Source: Wickerhamiella versatilis
Taxonomy: Eukaryota
NCBI GenBank assembly: GCA_030867685.1
Contig: JAQOWU010000003.1
Coordinates: 806,001-870,000 of the forward strand
Reading direction: 5' to 3'
DNA length: 64,000 nucleotides
Made by a program: the position numbers and the translations under genes. This document shows positions 31,634-41,727 of the stretch, one piece after another. Numbering within the stretch: position 1 is the first letter of the stretch; each line of letters begins with the position of its first letter. The notes under the pieces were generated by a model, which searched no databases, had not been told where the DNA came from, and saw only the letters and a program-made list of their open reading frames with translations.

Positions 31634-32974
31634 ATGAGCGGCTTCATAGGATGGATTTTTGATTGTCTTATGTTGGCATCCAGCTTCCTGCTTATTGCCT
31701 CGGAGAGACTTCTTACCAGTATTACACTTTTTTTACCTCAACGAGTTCTCGACTTCTGTGGTAAGGTTGTTAGTACTTTCATCCATGCATGGCCTTCACG
31801 TGGCCAATTGGCATTTGAGGATAATGAAGAATTGTCATCGCGAGTTGACAAAGTCTGTGATGCTAGTGGTTTCTTGGAGATATGTGACATACACGGTTAT
31901 GAGGCTGAGGAGCATGTGATTCCTACCAGGGACGGGTACCTGCTGAATGTGCATAGGATAGGAGGTCCTCGACACACGAAATGGCGTTATACCACTGAAC
32001 TGAGACCTGTAGTCTATCTTCATCATGGTCTTCTAATGAATTCTGAAGTGTGGATTGCTGTTCCTGACCACAAAGATTCTATCGCCTTTGCTCTTGCAGA
32101 CCTGGGATATGACGTATGGCTTGGCAACAACAGAGGAAATAAATACTCAAAAAAACATATTTCTCGAAAACCACAGTTTGAGGAGTTCTGGAACTTTGGA
32201 CTTGACGAATTTGCTCTTTACGACATCCCAGATACCGTTGACTATATTTTGAGTGTAACAAACCAGCCCAACTTAGCATACATTGGTTTTTCACAGGGTT
32301 CTGCTCAAGCTTTTGCCGCTCTTAGCATCCACCCTAATCTCAATCATCAAATCAATCTTTTTGTCGCGCTTGGTCCAGCTATGGCCCCTCCAGGTATCAA
32401 TTCATTTATTCAGAGCCTCATAAATGCATCACCAAATTTAATATACGCCGTTTTTGGGCATCGGATACTGTTGAGGTCCACAGTTTTCTGGCAAAGTGTC
32501 ATGCTTCCTGGAATATTTATGCGCGCTATCGACGTTGCATTAGACCTCCTTTTCTCTTGGAAAGGACGAAATATCACGTATGCTCAAAGACTTACGGGAT
32601 ATGCTCATCTTTATTCTTACACCTCGGTTAAATCTGTTGTTCACTGGTTTCAAATCATAAGATCAGGTGTATTTCAAATGTATGACGATGAGATGCTTGG
32701 CCCATTCCAGTTCTCACGTTTTTCTCGAGTGCCGCATTATCCGACGAATAATATTATAACTCCACTTGAGGTCATATACGGCACTCAGGATACCCTACTA
32801 GACATTGACTCTCTATCTCAAGCCTTGCCATCTGCCACAAATTATACTCCTATCGAAGGGTATGAGCATCTGGAAATGATTTGGGGTAAAGATGTTCGTA
32901 CACTCATCTTACCAAAAATCGCGGAATGTCTGGCCAGTCGCACAATGTCTCAACTTGATAATGACGATTTATGA
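31634..32974 (+). CDS. TGL1: Sterol ester/triglyceride lipase (alpha/beta hydrolase)
   Basis: EEH.I.T.DGYLL..HRI, HHGLLMNSEVW, DVWLGNNRGNKYS, GFSQG nucleophile, YEHL. Confidence 0.88.
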   Translation: MSGFIGWIFDCLMLASSFLLIASERLLTSITLFLPQRVLDFCGKVVSTFIHAWPSRGQLAFEDNEELSSRVDKVCDASGFLEICDIHGYEAEEHVIPTRDGYLLNVHRIGGPRHTKWRYTTELRPVVYLHHGLLMNSEVWIAVPDHKDSIAFALADLGYDVWLGNNRGNKYSKKHISRKPQFEEFWNFGLDEFALYDIPDTVDYILSVTNQPNLAYIGFSQGSAQAFAALSIHPNLNHQINLFVALGPAMAPPGINSFIQSLINASPNLIYAVFGHRILLRSTVFWQSVMLPGIFMRAIDVALDLLFSWKGRNITYAQRLTGYAHLYSYTSVKSVVHWFQIIRSGVFQMYDDEMLGPFQFSRFSRVPHYPTNNIITPLEVIYGTQDTLLDIDSLSQALPSATNYTPIEGYEHLEMIWGKDVRTLILPKIAECLASRTMSQLDNDDL

Positions 32975-33192
32975 AAATAATGGACCTAAATTTTTATTGC
33001 TAATGGATGCCATATCTATAGATTCTAGTTCTTTTTCTTAAACTTGAGTCTCTCTGTGGTCTTTTAACTAGTAATCAGTCGATTGTTCCACAACAAATAT
33101 GTGGGACTCGTGAGTAACATATTAATAACTCAGCCCACAAGGATTGAACCCGCTAACATTGAGTTAAGAGTGTGTCTTGCTGAACCTCTCGT

Positions 33193-34350
33193 ATGAAAGA
33201 ATCTGCTACGCCTACACTAGATAGCCAAAGTACTTCACAAAATGCGACAGAAAAGTCGCAACAAGAGACCACTGTTCTCACACCAGAGGCAGTAAATGAC
33301 CAGCCAGATGATTCTCAAAAAGAGCATAGAGAAAGTTCTAAAACCGCGGCTGGTAAACCTGAGGCTGATGGAACATCTTCCACCGCTCCGGATGGCCCAG
33401 CCATGTCTCTGGATTTGCCAAATGGTGCACCCTCGATGGCATACCACGAGGCACAAAGCCAAAACTCAGATACGCTGAATGCAACTCAGCCAACACCTCC
33501 CCAGTCCGCTGGTCAGAATCAAGCTTTTCAGAGTCCTGAATCACTCCAAAATCATCAAATCCTTCCTGGCTTGACGCCTGCTGGAACTGTATTCGTATCG
33601 CCGACCGGTCAGCTTTTCTTTGCACCATTCCAACCTTGTTTTACACCCCTCGCACAAAGAACAGTTTTACCAGCTTTTGGGATTCCTCAGATGTCTCACC
33701 CTATGGCTATGAGTGATAGGCCCACAATGAGCCCCCAAACAGAGGATAACTCTCGCAATTCTCAAACTATTGAGCAACCATCATCCAACATGAACCCTGG
33801 TAATATTGGAAACCATATACCTCTACCTGTAGGGCCTTTAAAGCCCTCTGCAGCACACCAATCCTCTGAAGCTAATCAGATTATCACTAGATCTGAAATC
33901 GAGCGCCGACGTGAAGAGTTAAAGCACGAGCGTGATTCTAGATTTGATGATCTCGGTGTTGTGTTATCTGATGGAACTGTATTTAAGTCGCCAATACAAT
34001 TACCTGATGGTCGTTGGAAATGCTGGATCTGTGATAATACTTATAAGCATGCAAAACACGTGAGAAGGCACGCTCAAAATCATCGCAAGCATAAAAGTTT
34101 CGTTTGTGAATATTGTTCCTCGAGCTTCAATCGTAACGATACACTTCTGAGACATTTTTATAAGTGCCGTCAGCGTCATACTGAAACGCGGAAGCGCCAA
34201 CGCATGGATGTCAGATCCCCATCACCACAAGCAAGCGATGATGATATATCAGTTGCATCACAGACTTCAGACGCTTCAGATGATCGTGGTAAAACACGAC
34301 GGGATGAAGGGAACGAAATTCCACCACCAATCGCGCCGGCCGCCTCCTAA
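33193..34350 (+). CDS. Zinc-finger transcription factor (C2H2 + C2HC)
   Basis: CWICDNTYKHAKHVRRHAQNH and CEYCSSSFNRNDTLLRHFYKC; disordered N-terminus. Confidence 0.85.
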   Translation: MKESATPTLDSQSTSQNATEKSQQETTVLTPEAVNDQPDDSQKEHRESSKTAAGKPEADGTSSTAPDGPAMSLDLPNGAPSMAYHEAQSQNSDTLNATQPTPPQSAGQNQAFQSPESLQNHQILPGLTPAGTVFVSPTGQLFFAPFQPCFTPLAQRTVLPAFGIPQMSHPMAMSDRPTMSPQTEDNSRNSQTIEQPSSNMNPGNIGNHIPLPVGPLKPSAAHQSSEANQIITRSEIERRREELKHERDSRFDDLGVVLSDGTVFKSPIQLPDGRWKCWICDNTYKHAKHVRRHAQNHRKHKSFVCEYCSSSFNRNDTLLRHFYKCRQRHTETRKRQRMDVRSPSPQASDDDISVASQTSDASDDRGKTRRDEGNEIPPPIAPAAS

Positions 34351-34552
34351 GAACCTAATGTCAACTATAGACTATTGGCTTTAATCTCATGCTTCTAAAC
34401 TTCAACTTTTGCTAATTAGACAGGTATTATAATATTCAAGTTTTTCTTGTGAAAGCAGTCACGTAAGTTGTACGATAGGGGCGAATGGGTCATCTTGCTG
34501 ATAAGTGATTACTAATATTATCATCTCAGCCCCGGAAATCTACCGTGAAAAA

Positions 34553-36224
34553 ATGTCAGACTATAATGTGGCTACTGATGAAGATTTGCTAAACTCACTC
34601 GGCTACAAGCAGGAGCTTAAGCGTGAGTTTAGCACTTTCCAGCTATTCAGTGTCGCCTTTTCAATCATGTCTCTTATTCCGAGTATAGCGTCTGTCTTGT
34701 CGGATGCCCTCGGTGCAGGTGGTATTGGTATGACATGGGGCTGGTTGATCCCCAGTGTGCTTATTATGTCTGTGGGTTTGTCTCTAGGTGAGCTTGGTTC
34801 TGCGTACCCGACGAGTGGTGGCTTATACTTTTGGACGTTTAGATTCGCACCCAAAAAAATCCGAAGACCAGCATCATTTCTGTGCGCCTATGCCAATACT
34901 CTAGGTCTTATCAGTGGATGTTGCAGTATTAATTATGGGTGTGCAAACATGATCCTAAGCATTCCTGCCGTCGCACTGCCAGATAGTTTTGCTCCCACTA
35001 AATGGGAGACATATGGAGTTTTGGTGGCTGTTATTTTGGTGCAAGGTGCTATGGGTTTTCTTCCAAGCAACAAACTCAATAAATTACAAACAGCATCGAC
35101 AGGACTTAACCTGGTGCTCGTTGGCCTTATATGTATTGCCCTTCCTATTGGGGCTTCAAATAAGGGAATTTTAAATTCAGGAAAGTACGTGTTTACTGAC
35201 TCTAGCAATGGATATGAAGGTTGGTCTTATGGTGGTGCTTTCATCCTCAGTTGGATGAGTGCTGTTTGGGTAAGTACATGATTTTGTCACGATTATTAGG
35301 TCGTGTGCAACGCGTTTTTACGGAATATACTAACTATAGACAATCGGTGCATTCGACTCTTGTGTGCATATGTCGGAAGAGGCTGCTAATGCTGCTGTGG
35401 CCACTCCAAGAGGCATCATGCTAAGTATTGGAATGTGTGGAATTCTAGGCTTTGCGACGCAGGCTATTATAGCTGCGTGTGTTAAAGGTGGTGATGTAGT
35501 CTCTATCATGAACACTTCTACTGGCCAGCCTTTAGCTCAAATTATTCTGGACTGCCTGGGAAAGAAGTGGGCTATTGCTCTCATGACTTTGATGGCACTG
35601 GCCTCATTGATTATGGGTTCGAGTATGCTGACGGCTGCATCTCGTCAGACTTTTTCAGTAGCTAGAGATGGTGTATTGCCGTTCAGCAGATGGGTTCGAC
35701 AAATCAATGTCAAAACCGCAGTGCCTGTTTATGCGTTATTGTTCGACTGTGTCGTGGCGATAGTCATAGGTCTACTTATTTTGATTGATACAACAGCTGC
35801 GAATGCGTTATTCTCAATTTACAGTTGTTCCAATAATCTTGCCTGGGCCATACCAATATATATGCGTTTCTTCTTTCCGTCAGCTCACGAATTCAAGAGG
35901 GGTCCGTTTTATTTAGGACGCTGGCTGTCCCGGATCAATAATGGCATATCAGTCGTTTATCTCACCTTTGTTGTGTTTGTCCTAACACAATTGCCTACTG
36001 TTCTTCCGGCCACCGCTGATTCCATGAATTACACTTGTTTGATTAATCCAGCCGTGTGGGGTGGCTCTTTAATCTATTACTTCTTATACGCAAGAAAGAC
36101 TTTCAAGGGACCAGTACGTACACTTGATGAAAAGGTTGATTATATTGAAGGTGTGGGTGCCCAAGTGGATGCTGGATCTTCTAAAGACAAAGCATCTATT
36201 AAGGGAAAGAGCGTCTCTGATTGA
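34553..36224 (+). CDS. Amino acid/GABA-choline permease, APC-ACT family, Uga4-like (exons 34553-35269, 35340-36224; 533 aa)
   Basis: LGYKQELKREFS, ELGSAYPTSGGLY.W, spliced WTIGAFDSCVHMSEEA, ARDG.LPFS, GPFYLG. Confidence 0.92.
35270..35339 (+). other. Spliceosomal intron (70 nt) in the permease
   Basis: GTAAGT...TACTAAC-TATAG; joins two ORFs into a continuous conserved motif. Confidence 0.93.
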
Positions 36225-36329
36225 ATGTGAAATTAGTATATAGCCCATTTCTAGATAGCTAGATGTGATTATATGCTATAAGAAGGTATATAATGGTTTT
36301 TATTACAATTATGTCATTAGAACCACCAG

Positions 36330-36800
36330 ATGGCAACGTATTGGACTTCGTACGCTCAATTCATTCATTGGCTAAAACAGACTTCAATTAACGACAAACT
36401 TTTGGGTTCCATTAATCCAAGTACACCAAGTTCATCTCTGGCAAGTACACCACTGCCGGGTCGACTAACTAAACTTGCCGGTCCTCCTAAGAAAATGGCA
36501 ATATTCTGGGCCTTATTTTTTCTCCGAGACGCTAGAGGTAATCGGTTGAGTGTGCCGCGAAGTAGTGATAGATTCGATGCAGTTCAAATTGTGGAAGAAT
36601 TTCTTACGGAGGCACTACCTGAACACAAGACCATGACTTATGAAAATCTGTGGCAATACTTGGATATACTAGAAAATGATCTAAGAAATTGCCATAAGAT
36701 CAACACGCGACAACGTATTTGGGAAATCTTTAATGATGGTATAGCTATATTATGGGAATTCATGCTCGGTCTTCTTGTACTTCAATGGATGCTGATATAA
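36330..36800 (+). CDS. Hypothetical protein (156 aa) with C-terminal hydrophobic anchor
   Basis: ATG-initiated ORF filling the gap between the permease and CFT2; C-terminal IAILWEFMLGLLVLQWMLI. Confidence 0.6.
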   Translation: MATYWTSYAQFIHWLKQTSINDKLLGSINPSTPSSSLASTPLPGRLTKLAGPPKKMAIFWALFFLRDARGNRLSVPRSSDRFDAVQIVEEFLTEALPEHKTMTYENLWQYLDILENDLRNCHKINTRQRIWEIFNDGIAILWEFMLGLLVLQWMLI

Positions 36801-36814
36801 GAGTATGATAACTA

Positions 36815-38974
36815 ATGCCCTCATACGAGGCGCTTGCAAGCGATGGTGTATATCAGACTATACTGACGCTAGATGAGAATGATGCTAGTATTCTTATTGA
36901 TGTAGGGTGGGATATACTCTTGCATGAAAGTCTGAATGAGCTGGAATCACGACTACATGATATTGATTTGATTCTTCTCACACATCCGACAATTTCACAT
37001 TTAGGGGCATTTTGTTATTTACGGCATACAAATCCAACTTTCGCCTCTATTCCATGCTATGCAACGTTGCCTGTGGTAAATATTGGACAAATGTGTACGC
37101 TGGACGCATATCGAGCGCATGGACTTGTGGGTCCATTTGACAGTGCAAAAATGAAGGAAGAAGACATCGAAAGAATATTTGAGGGAATCAACCTTATAAA
37201 AATTAGCCAGCCACTTCGATTAAGGATTCCCAAAATGGAGCAGGTGATAATTACCGCCTATGACGCTGGTCACAGTATAGGTGGGACTATCTGGAAAATT
37301 TCTGATGGTGCTGAGTTTGCTTTAGTAGCTTATGATTGGAATCACAGCCGTGATGCTCATCTAAGGGGTGCATTTCTTGATAACGGGCAAATAAAAAAAC
37401 AATTGGTTATGCCAGCTCTGATGATCACTTCTACGCAAGTATCACAAGGCTCTTTACGTCGGAATAGGCAGCGGCTTGAAAGCGATATCACGGCAATAAT
37501 TCAGCGTGGTGGCTCTGTACTTCTACCATCAAGCACTGCTAGAGTCCTTGAATTAATCCTCATTGTTGACCAACTCCTAGAGGAAAAAAACTTTTCAGCA
37601 ACTATTTTATTGGTATCTCACGTTGGTCAAAGAACACTAGAGCATGCTGGTGCCATGCTTGAGTGGATGGAGGCCTCTATTGTTGAAGGTTGGCAAACTA
37701 AAAATGAATCGCCTTTTGCAAGAACCAGGTTACGGTTTGTTACGGATCCAAAAGAGGTGCGCAATTTTGGTGGTTCAAAGGTGATAATTGCTGTTGGAGC
37801 CGGTCTTGAGAGTGGGCCTTCAAGGCAAGTTTTTGTGGACTCTATTGCTCAGTCGCCAGATTCAGCTGTTATCATGACAGAGGGCTGTCATGATAGGACT
37901 CTCGGAGGTATTCTAACAGATATGTGGCTGCCCACACCTCAATTAAGGCAACTTACATGTGTTTTGCCTCAGGTGAGTCTTGCTCGAGAGAAGCAACTTG
38001 ATGGGCATGAACTTCAACAGTATGAGGCGCGAATTGCGGAAGAGGATCATCAAGAGCAGGTACGACTAGTACAGGAGCAACGAAATCGTGAAATATTAGA
38101 AGCTGCGGAGGATGAAGACGAAGAGGAGGATGCAGGATTTCAAGACGAGTCATTGATGGTCGGCAACGACTTTGACACAACTGGTCCGGGACTGCATATG
38201 TTTCCGTGGCAGCCAAAAAGGCGACGGACAGATGATTACGGTGAAGTACTGCTACCTAATGAATTCCGAGTCGTGTCCCAAGTGGAGTTGAAACCTAAGC
38301 CGGTCACGAAACGTGCATGGGAAGCTCCAGTGAAGAAAAGAAGTATTCCCCTGAAGCGAGTGGTATCGAATCAAGATGTACGTGTTATTTGCTGGTTTGA
38401 TTCTGTAGACATCAGCGGTCTCACTGATGCCCGTTCTCTTTCAATGATAGTTCGCCAGATTCATCCTACTCGATTAGTTGCTATTCCAAACTCGTTGGCT
38501 GTCTGCGAACAATTGAAGAAACTTAACATAAATAACTTTCGCATTGCCGATGGTGGCGTTGTCAAGTTTGAGCGAACAAATTTTTCACTTTCTTTGCACA
38601 TTGATCCTGAACTAGAGGAATCTTTACGCTGGCATTCGATAGCGGGAAAGTACGAAGTTGCAAGGGTTTCAGGAAAAGTCGAATTTGCAGCAAAAGAAGA
38701 GGAGAGCTCCAGACAAAGCGTTGCCGTTTTGGCACCTACAGATCATCCAGTTGCTGATAAAGAAACGACAATTGGTGATATTCACCTAAGTGAACTGCAG
38801 CAAGTTCTCGTTGCACAAGGAATAAATGCAGAGTTCCGTAGTGCTGGTGTGCTGGTGTGTAATGAAACCATCACTTTGCGGTATTCTGATGGGCGTTTAA
38901 TACTAGATGGTGGTCTGGAGTCTGATTACTATCTTGTGAAGTCAATTGTGAAGACGTTTATCGCGCAGGTATAA
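36815..38974 (+). CDS. CFT2: Cleavage and polyadenylation factor subunit 2 (CPSF100)
   Basis: ILIDVGW, ILLTHPT.SHLGA, AYDAGHSIGGTIWKI, WNHSRD.HL, LEWM, DDYGE, IGDI.L.EL...AEFR.AG.LVCN. Confidence 0.93.
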   Translation: MPSYEALASDGVYQTILTLDENDASILIDVGWDILLHESLNELESRLHDIDLILLTHPTISHLGAFCYLRHTNPTFASIPCYATLPVVNIGQMCTLDAYRAHGLVGPFDSAKMKEEDIERIFEGINLIKISQPLRLRIPKMEQVIITAYDAGHSIGGTIWKISDGAEFALVAYDWNHSRDAHLRGAFLDNGQIKKQLVMPALMITSTQVSQGSLRRNRQRLESDITAIIQRGGSVLLPSSTARVLELILIVDQLLEEKNFSATILLVSHVGQRTLEHAGAMLEWMEASIVEGWQTKNESPFARTRLRFVTDPKEVRNFGGSKVIIAVGAGLESGPSRQVFVDSIAQSPDSAVIMTEGCHDRTLGGILTDMWLPTPQLRQLTCVLPQVSLAREKQLDGHELQQYEARIAEEDHQEQVRLVQEQRNREILEAAEDEDEEEDAGFQDESLMVGNDFDTTGPGLHMFPWQPKRRRTDDYGEVLLPNEFRVVSQVELKPKPVTKRAWEAPVKKRSIPLKRVVSNQDVRVICWFDSVDISGLTDARSLSMIVRQIHPTRLVAIPNSLAVCEQLKKLNINNFRIADGGVVKFERTNFSLSLHIDPELEESLRWHSIAGKYEVARVSGKVEFAAKEEESSRQSVAVLAPTDHPVADKETTIGDIHLSELQQVLVAQGINAEFRSAGVLVCNETITLRYSDGRLILDGGLESDYYLVKSIVKTFIAQV

Positions 38975-39196
38975 CAGTTAATGCTGGTCATTCTGATAAG
39001 TTCGCTGAATATGACTAAATGATAATAATATCTGTATATACTATGGTTTTGGCTACGGCGAAAATTATGCTGATAGTCTGCCGTAGCTAAGTTTCCTAAT
39101 TTCATTTTTCTTTGTCTCTGTCACGAAGTAAAGATATTACTGATCTCATCCTCACTTCAAAACCCTTCCCTAGAACTATCCGATTTGTCATCTACG

Positions 39197-39526
39197 ATGA
39201 GCAGGAGCGACAGAGCTTGCATGGTTTGTGGTATAGTACAGCCCCAGCGTGAGTTTCTTTCGCAGGGATGTCCTAACTGCGAGAGTTTATTGCCCTTCAA
39301 AGGAGATGATGAACTTGTTCAAGACTGTACTTCCCCCACGTTCGAAGGTCTTGTCGCTCTCGCTAACAATGAAGAATCTTGGGTTGCCAAGTGGTTAAGA
39401 ATAGACGGTTTCCAAAAAGGATTGTATGCTATTAAAGTTGCTGGTAGACTTCCACCAGATGTCGTTTCGGATCTCGCAGAGCGAGGTATCACGTACCGCC
39501 CGCGGGACGGGTCTGCCCAAGAGTAA
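39197..39526 (+). CDS. SPT4: Transcription elongation factor Spt4
   Basis: [32 protein letters not shown]. Confidence 0.97.
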   Translation: MSRSDRACMVCGIVQPQREFLSQGCPNCESLLPFKGDDELVQDCTSPTFEGLVALANNEESWVAKWLRIDGFQKGLYAIKVAGRLPPDVVSDLAERGITYRPRDGSAQE

Positions 39527-39531
39527 GCTAG

Positions 39532-40953
39532 CTAAATGCCGAAGGCTTCACCAAAAAAGTAATAATTATTCTCTTTGGCCCATTTTTCAGCATCCCATGT
39601 CAACTGCGGTGGTCCGCATGCAACCAAACATGAGGTTTTTTGATCATCAGAATCGAGGAATGTACCCACAGCATTGGTGAGACGAGGTCTTCCTTCATAA
39701 CGTCTAACTGACTCGGAGTTACTATAGCTTTCATCGTTGTCATGAATTTTGTATTCCGCTGCTAGGTTTTCAAGCTCTATGCCCTGAGCGTTAGCGTCAT
39801 TGTCGTATTCCTCATTCACTAGGGAGCTTTTTCGAGTGATATAAACATCACATTTCTTCACTCCAATGTTATCCAATACCTGGATGTCTTCCTCAAATCT
39901 TGTCGCCCAGATGAACTTATGACACGGATGGTTGCGAAGTGCCCCAGCCAAAGCGATTCCTGATCCTCCAGCAATTAAAACTACTTTTTTATAGCTGTAA
40001 GGGTCAAAAGGTGCATTAAACGGGCCTCTTACAGCTAGAGGCCGTGGTATGCGGAATCGAGTCTTCCTGATGACAAGTTTTATTGTATCGTCATCTGGTG
40101 TCGACGCAACAGTGTAAGGATGTGTTGACTCTAGCCACGTGAGTGGTCTGTTCAGGCGATGTGACAACCTGACATGTGCACCGACTGAGAATGTAGGTCC
40201 GAGAATATTTCGAGTTAAAGTCACGACTTCAAGTGTTGGTGAGATTGTTTCCACTTCATAGTTAGTTGTCGTTGCAGTTGTAATGATGCGCCATATCACA
40301 TTAACGAATAGTATAACCATGGCCATAATCACCATGACGTTCGCCTGCGGCCTGGAATGCCAAATAAGGAGTATTGTAGATATCCAGACGAGTGGTAAAT
40401 GAGCACCATAGAAAATATAGTACCATCTTTCTCTAAACGGCTTGAGGCTTGTAATTGCAATTATAACATAACACAAAAGAGATAACATACCAAAAACGTT
40501 GAAGAGCGACCAGAGATGACTCTGGACTCTATGCGTGGCATATTCATAATAATACGTAATTCCATGCTCTAGTGCAAACAGAACAGCGGTTCTACCTACC
40601 CATTTGTGCATGCGAGTTAATGGAATTACGTAGGTGCGCGGCAACCAGGCCGGTTTGGATGAGAGAAGCATTCCAAAAATGGAACCGCCAAATGCAAGTC
40701 GGCCACAACGCCTTGCGAGTTGTATAGCATCCGGATTATAGTGTATGAGCAGCCCAAAAAGGCATAAGACAATCCATATCGGTGCTAAGATCCACCAACG
40801 GATAGTCGGATACTGAAACTTTCTCTTAGGTCTCAAGAGACCCCATATCAAGCACGAAATAGCGTAAATAGTAAGCAATCCAACTGCCAAAGCTAGAAAC
40901 TCATAAGTCTTATGAGCATGGATGGCACTGCCATGCCGCTTGACAATAGCCAT
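39532..40953 (-). CDS. Ferric reductase-like / NOX-family transmembrane oxidoreductase (Fre8/Aim14-like)
   Basis: HKWVGR and other heme-ligand His, HPYTVAS FAD motif, AGGSGI, ACGP. Confidence 0.85.
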   Translation of the reverse strand: MAIVKRHGSAIHAHKTYEFLALAVGLLTIYAISCLIWGLLRPKRKFQYPTIRWWILAPIWIVLCLFGLLIHYNPDAIQLARRCGRLAFGGSIFGMLLSSKPAWLPRTYVIPLTRMHKWVGRTAVLFALEHGITYYYEYATHRVQSHLWSLFNVFGMLSLLCYVIIAITSLKPFRERWYYIFYGAHLPLVWISTILLIWHSRPQANVMVIMAMVILFVNVIWRIITTATTTNYEVETISPTLEVVTLTRNILGPTFSVGAHVRLSHRLNRPLTWLESTHPYTVASTPDDDTIKLVIRKTRFRIPRPLAVRGPFNAPFDPYSYKKVVLIAGGSGIALAGALRNHPCHKFIWATRFEEDIQVLDNIGVKKCDVYITRKSSLVNEEYDNDANAQGIELENLAAEYKIHDNDESYSNSESVRRYEGRPRLTNAVGTFLDSDDQKTSCLVACGPPQLTWDAEKWAKENNYYFFGEAFGI

Positions 40954-41135
40954 GTGCTGACTAGGCTTTGGAATAATATCATGCCGATATAAAGACTAGA
41001 GAGGAACATCCTTGAAATTATCTAGTACAGCAACTAGTCCTACACATCAATCTAAATACGCTTAAACAATGATCCGCCAACTTATGGGACTATGCGAGCA
41101 GTCCATCTCAGCTTTCAACAGAGGTTATATTTCAA

Positions 41136-41417
41136 CTACTTCGGAACGAGATCGAGATCCTTCAACGCAGTACGAGGATATGGATGTGTCTCAACTTTCG
41201 GTGCTGGTTTTCCAGCTTTTTCTTGCCGCTCAAGTTCTCCTGCAATCTTACGGGCACGTACAATTTCTTTGGAGTGGTGAAGGCATTCTGTATAGTCTTC
41301 CGCAAGCAATTTGCATTGGGATGGATCAGACACATCTTTGGCCGTGTAGCAGTCTAAGAACTTCTGCCACTCGTACCAGCATCGACTCGCACCACCCGTA
41401 TAGCTGACACCAGACAT
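41136..41417 (-). CDS. Complex I accessory subunit NDUFS5/NIPM-like (twin CX9C)
   Basis: GG.SRC...WQ.FLDCY...C....EDY.ECLHH.KE..R pattern. Confidence 0.88.
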   Translation of the reverse strand: MSGVSYTGGASRCWYEWQKFLDCYTAKDVSDPSQCKLLAEDYTECLHHSKEIVRARKIAGELERQEKAGKPAPKVETHPYPRTALKDLDLVPK

Positions 41418-41727
41418 TTTGTGATTGGCTGCTTACTAACGTGTAATATCGTACCTATGTAGGATGTGCCAAAAACTACATGCTAAGTCCTGTATCATCT
41501 TGTAATTAAATAGAAAAAAATATTTTGCGTATTCATTCATATCCGATGAGCTTAATTCTGTTGTACAAAGAATTTAAGTTGCAAATAGCTCTACTTGATC
41601 GAATATTGTCACGTCTCAGACTCGATTACAACAAGTAGAGATTGTGGTTAAATTAAGACTTTCGCGAAGTTTACATTAAATAGACTTGTTCTTCACTGAC
41701 ATTTATGGCTAGAAGAAATGATTATCG

